From Vitrella brassicaformis CCMP3155 (Eukaryota; Protista; Chromerida): a stretch of 64,000 bases of DNA. Under the pieces are notes generated by a model that worked only from the letters and a program-made list of their open reading frames with translations, had not been told where the DNA came from and searched no databases. Below, in pieces: positions 60,331-64,000 of the stretch. Position 1 is the first letter of the stretch. Each line of letters opens with the position of its first letter. The translations under genes were made by a program, and so were the position numbers. Location: positions 203,467 through 267,466 of the forward strand of contig CDMY01000770.1 of NCBI GenBank assembly GCA_001179505.1. The letters are read 5' to 3'.

Positions 60331-60960
60331 TTATTGTCGCAGCGGCACACGCTCGGCTCGCGCCGCAGCTAATTGGCCTCTCTCTGTCCGTCCGTCGGTC
60401 CGTCCGTCTGTCTGTCTGCCCACTAGTCGATGCTCACTCCTCCCAGGCGGTCGCCCGTGCGATGCAAGTCGACGCCGCCCCCGTAACTGTTTCATAGACC
60501 ATGAATGGAGTTGTTTTTCCTCTTGTTTTTCAATGATAGCCTTTTCCGCCTTGGTCTCCCTGCCCTTCTGTGTTGGTTGTATTGTGTGTGGAGTCGTTGC
60601 TTTCTTTTGGCTGAAGGGGTCACTTACTTGCACATGGGATGGGGGATGGGGGAGGGAGGGAGGGGGTGGCCGAGGGGAAAGAGAGAGCTGGGGTGGGGTG
60701 GTGGGATATATGGTGACCGTACTGTATCGTCGGCTGTGTACGCCGCTGCTGTCGTTGGCAGCAGGCAAGAGGTGAGGGAGGGCGCGAAGATGCGTGATTT
60801 TCTCAATCGGAAGGAGAGGGGCCCAGCCCCGATGGATGGCTCTTTTTCTTGCCTGCCTATAGATGTCACAGACACATACATACATACCTACCTCATGAGT
60901 TCAGAGCAAGCAGACGTAAGTGCGTACGGACAGGCCGCCTGCCGGCCGGCCATGATTGAT
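60331..60960 (-). other. Possible 3' exons of a small unknown gene next to the N gap at 61033-61332
   Basis: Splice-site-bounded stretches with coding-like composition (KGRETKAEKAIIEKQEEKQ), but I could not establish a frame. Confidence 0.2.
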
Positions 60961-62217
60961 GGCCATTTTCTTCAATGCCTGGCTAATGGGGAATGATGAA
61001 TGTGAATGTGATGTGAATGTGAATGTGGCGGGNNNNNNNNNNNNNNNNNNNNNNNNNNNNNNNNNNNNNNNNNNNNNNNNNNNNNNNNNNNNNNNNNNNN
61101 NNNNNNNNNNNNNNNNNNNNNNNNNNNNNNNNNNNNNNNNNNNNNNNNNNNNNNNNNNNNNNNNNNNNNNNNNNNNNNNNNNNNNNNNNNNNNNNNNNNN
61201 NNNNNNNNNNNNNNNNNNNNNNNNNNNNNNNNNNNNNNNNNNNNNNNNNNNNNNNNNNNNNNNNNNNNNNNNNNNNNNNNNNNNNNNNNNNNNNNNNNNN
61301 NNNNNNNNNNNNNNNNNNNNNNNNNNNNNNNNGGGGGGAGGGGTTTCTGTAAAGCTCTAGAGAGTCTCGGGGCGGGGCGGGGCGCGCCGTTCATACCATG
61401 TCTTTTCTATTGCAGTATTTGTCGCTCTAATCTAGACGAAGACCGAAATGTAGAACCTCGCTCCTCACTGCAGGCCCCTCTGTCTCTCTCTCTCCATCTC
61501 TCTCTTTCTCTCTCTCTCTATCTCTCTCTATCTCTGATTCCTATACATGTATACAGCTCAGTTGTCTCCATCTCTCTCCAGTGAGTGTACACAAGACGAC
61601 CCCCACTGCGTCCATCCACACACGCGTACCATCGCAACTGGAAGTGTGTCGATTTGATAATTTTCACGGGGCTGTTGTGCTTTTGTGAACTTACTACCTG
61701 TCTTTTGCTGACGGTGATCCACCGCAAACGCGATGGAGAGGCCAGCCAGACGTGTGATGTCACTCTCGCTCTCTCCCACCATCATCTAGCCAGATTGGTT
61801 GGTGTGTGTCCGCCTTATGTGTTGGTCGGTCCGCGTGTGGATGGATGGAGCGGGGAGCGGGGTAGACGGTTGTGCTTGCTGCTGTGTGGTGTGGGTGCTC
61901 TGAGATGAGATCGTGGATGGCATTTTTATCCCATCTGGTGCTGTCTGTCTGTCTGTCTCGCTCTCTGCATGTGATGTCTGTGTTCTGTCTGTCTTTGTGG
62001 TGTATATGGTGCGTGCCCGTGACTTGTGGTGTGTGGACGTGCGTGTGAGCATGAATTGTTGTGAGGCTTCACTTGTGTCACAGCGCGGAACTGGCATTCA
62101 TGCGCACGCACGGAGTCCATCGAGGTTAGTCTACATCACACCCACTCACTTCCTCGGCCTGCCTTGAGCAAACGGAGTTCATTCATCTCATTGTCAGTCG
62201 GATCACAGGACGGTCGC

Positions 62218-63443
62218 TCATATTGCAAACCTCGGCAGCGTGCGCACACCATCCTACACACGCAGACAGGGACAAGACGTCAATGGTCCGACGTGGCCCT
62301 TTTGTGTGTTGGCATGCGTGTGTTGACCTTGTCGACGATCTTGACGACGAAGCTGCTCTGGCTGATCAAAAACCGACGCTTCAACTCCTGAACACACACC
62401 ACAGACACAATATCCCATCCGCCATCCCTCTCTGCGTGTAGTTCATTCTGCTTACGTCGAAGCATAGCTTGGCGACTTCGATGGCCTCTTCCTCCGTCAT
62501 ATCCTACAGGCACACGGACACCAAAGGTATACACAGACTGAGACAGGCAGGCAGGTAGGCATGCGTGTGCGTCTGCACCGGTTTCCAGTGCCGATCGAGG
62601 ATAGACATGACGAAGTACGCCGCGTATCTGCATGTGCACCAGATTGACACAGGTCACGGGTGCGATGCGGCCCCTCCCTGTCCTTGTGTGTGAGAGGTGG
62701 TGCTGTCCGTCGGCGTGTGCGTACCCGTGAGCGCCTCTGCTGACTTTGGCCATAGATGCGATGTAGTCCATCCAGTAGAGCGAGGGACCCTCCTCGTCAT
62801 GCCCAGCCAACAGAACATTCACCTGACGAACCACCCGACAGGCACCACAGACGGCAGCATGCAATATCCCTCCCCTCCCTGCCCACTTGATAAGGGTTCC
62901 TGCGCAGGTAGTATGCCAACTCCCCACTGAGTGGACGGACGGGACACACGCGCACGCAAAACGGACACATGGGTATTATCGTCATCGCGAGACAGCTGAG
63001 AGCTGGCTGACCGTGTGAAGTTAGCCGCGGCCCTGACGCTGAGGGTGACTCCATTGCGCAGCCGATACAGGTGTATGTTCTTCTGAATGTACTCGCAAAA
63101 CATCGTCCTGTCGGCTGCAGCAATCCACCAAAGCAAGCACAACACGGCAGCCAGTCAAAGAATGAGATGAGATGAGATCAGGCGACACATCTGCTCCTCG
63201 CCTCTCACCTGAGGGGCCACCTGCCGCCATGAGTTTGTTCTTGTCAATGGTGATGATCTTGTCCTCATCATCCTGATATGCACCAACACAACCACGCAGC
63301 AGAGATGCACACGCGACGGCTTCACTCTGTGCGTGTCTGTGCCGCGTGTGGCGGACCTTGAGGCGCAGCACGGAGAATTCTGCGTGTCCATCGGTGGCCA
63401 GCAGGACGAAGTCCTTGCCGCGCAGCCCCAGCGCCGAGTCCAT
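62218..63443 (-). CDS. PSMB2: 20S proteasome subunit beta type-2 (beta4/PRE1), about 9 exons
   Basis: Spliced sequence [18 protein letters not shown]...DDEDKI...[22 protein letters not shown]...[29 protein letters not shown]...GPSLYWMDY...[26 protein letters not shown]...ELKRRFLI...KIVDKDGVRTL. Confidence 0.96.
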
Positions 63444-64000
63444 CACTCAGCCACAGCACAATTATCAGTTGAAAGGCGGGAAAGAGAGAACTCTTTCTGC
63501 CGGCTGGTCGCTCTCCGTCGGCGCGTGTGCGTGGCGGGATGGGGAGAGATCTGATTTCAAGAAAAGCTCGCAAATATGCGAGCTCTGGGGAGCTGTGGGG
63601 GCCGTCATTCCGAGACGGAAATGGTGCCGATGAAGGTGAATGTCATCTCACCATACACACACTCACGCAAACCATGACGTGAACTCATCGCTCTGCAAAG
63701 GTCAACAAGAAATCGAGCTGTTCCGGTCCACAATGGCTGGCTGGTCGAGTGCTTTGAGCCTTGATGAGGATCCACTAGAGGCCAATCGAAGAACCTCTGC
63801 ACCCAGACAGGCGCATCTCGGCGTCAGACCGCCATCCGGCCAGCCGAAAAGTGAAAAAAGTCCAAAGTGAGCGGATTTCACGCGATCTGACCTCATCTGC
63901 GGCAGCAGCAATCCTCTCTCCCTCTCTCTGCCTCTAATGGCCTCCTGTCGTCCGCAGAAAACGAAATTCAAATCCGGCGAGATTTTTGCGAGCTGAGACG

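Noticed and set aside
1-64000. tRNA, rRNA, prophage or transposase genes
   Set aside because: I recognised none by eye; a covariance-model search would be needed to exclude small ncRNAs.

Overview
Eukaryotic, intron-rich genomic DNA (GT-AG introns mostly about 40-120 bp, filled with CA/GT, GACA and ATCC microsatellites, and four 300-N scaffold gaps). Composition, intron style and a plastid-targeted thioredoxin suggest a photosynthetic alveolate of the chromerid (Vitrella-like) type; this is inference, not a database result. Recognisable conserved genes: deoxyhypusine synthase (5' end outside the window), a gamma-butyrobetaine/trimethyllysine dioxygenase-family enzyme, a WCGPC thioredoxin and proteasome beta-4 (PSMB2). 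Other genes: a large protein with a C-terminal RING, a Kelch/Cys-rich multi-TM surface protein, a DFD-motif kinase, a tandem-C2 protein, a FABP/calycin-like protein, a coiled-coil metacaspase homologue, and three copies plus a relic of one lineage-specific family. Best leads: (1) an intronless ORF flanked by 92-bp direct repeats just behind the DHS stop; (2) a long coiled-coil metacaspase with both catalytic residues replaced; (3) a Kelch + GCC2/GCC3 ectodomain fused to an Erv46/ENaC-like two-TM module; (4) five single-base frame breaks, all in lineage-specific genes, with none seen in the conserved genes; (5) a kinase whose N-terminus shares a duplicated exon+intron with the neighbouring gene. 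All exon models were assembled by hand and boundaries are approximate.
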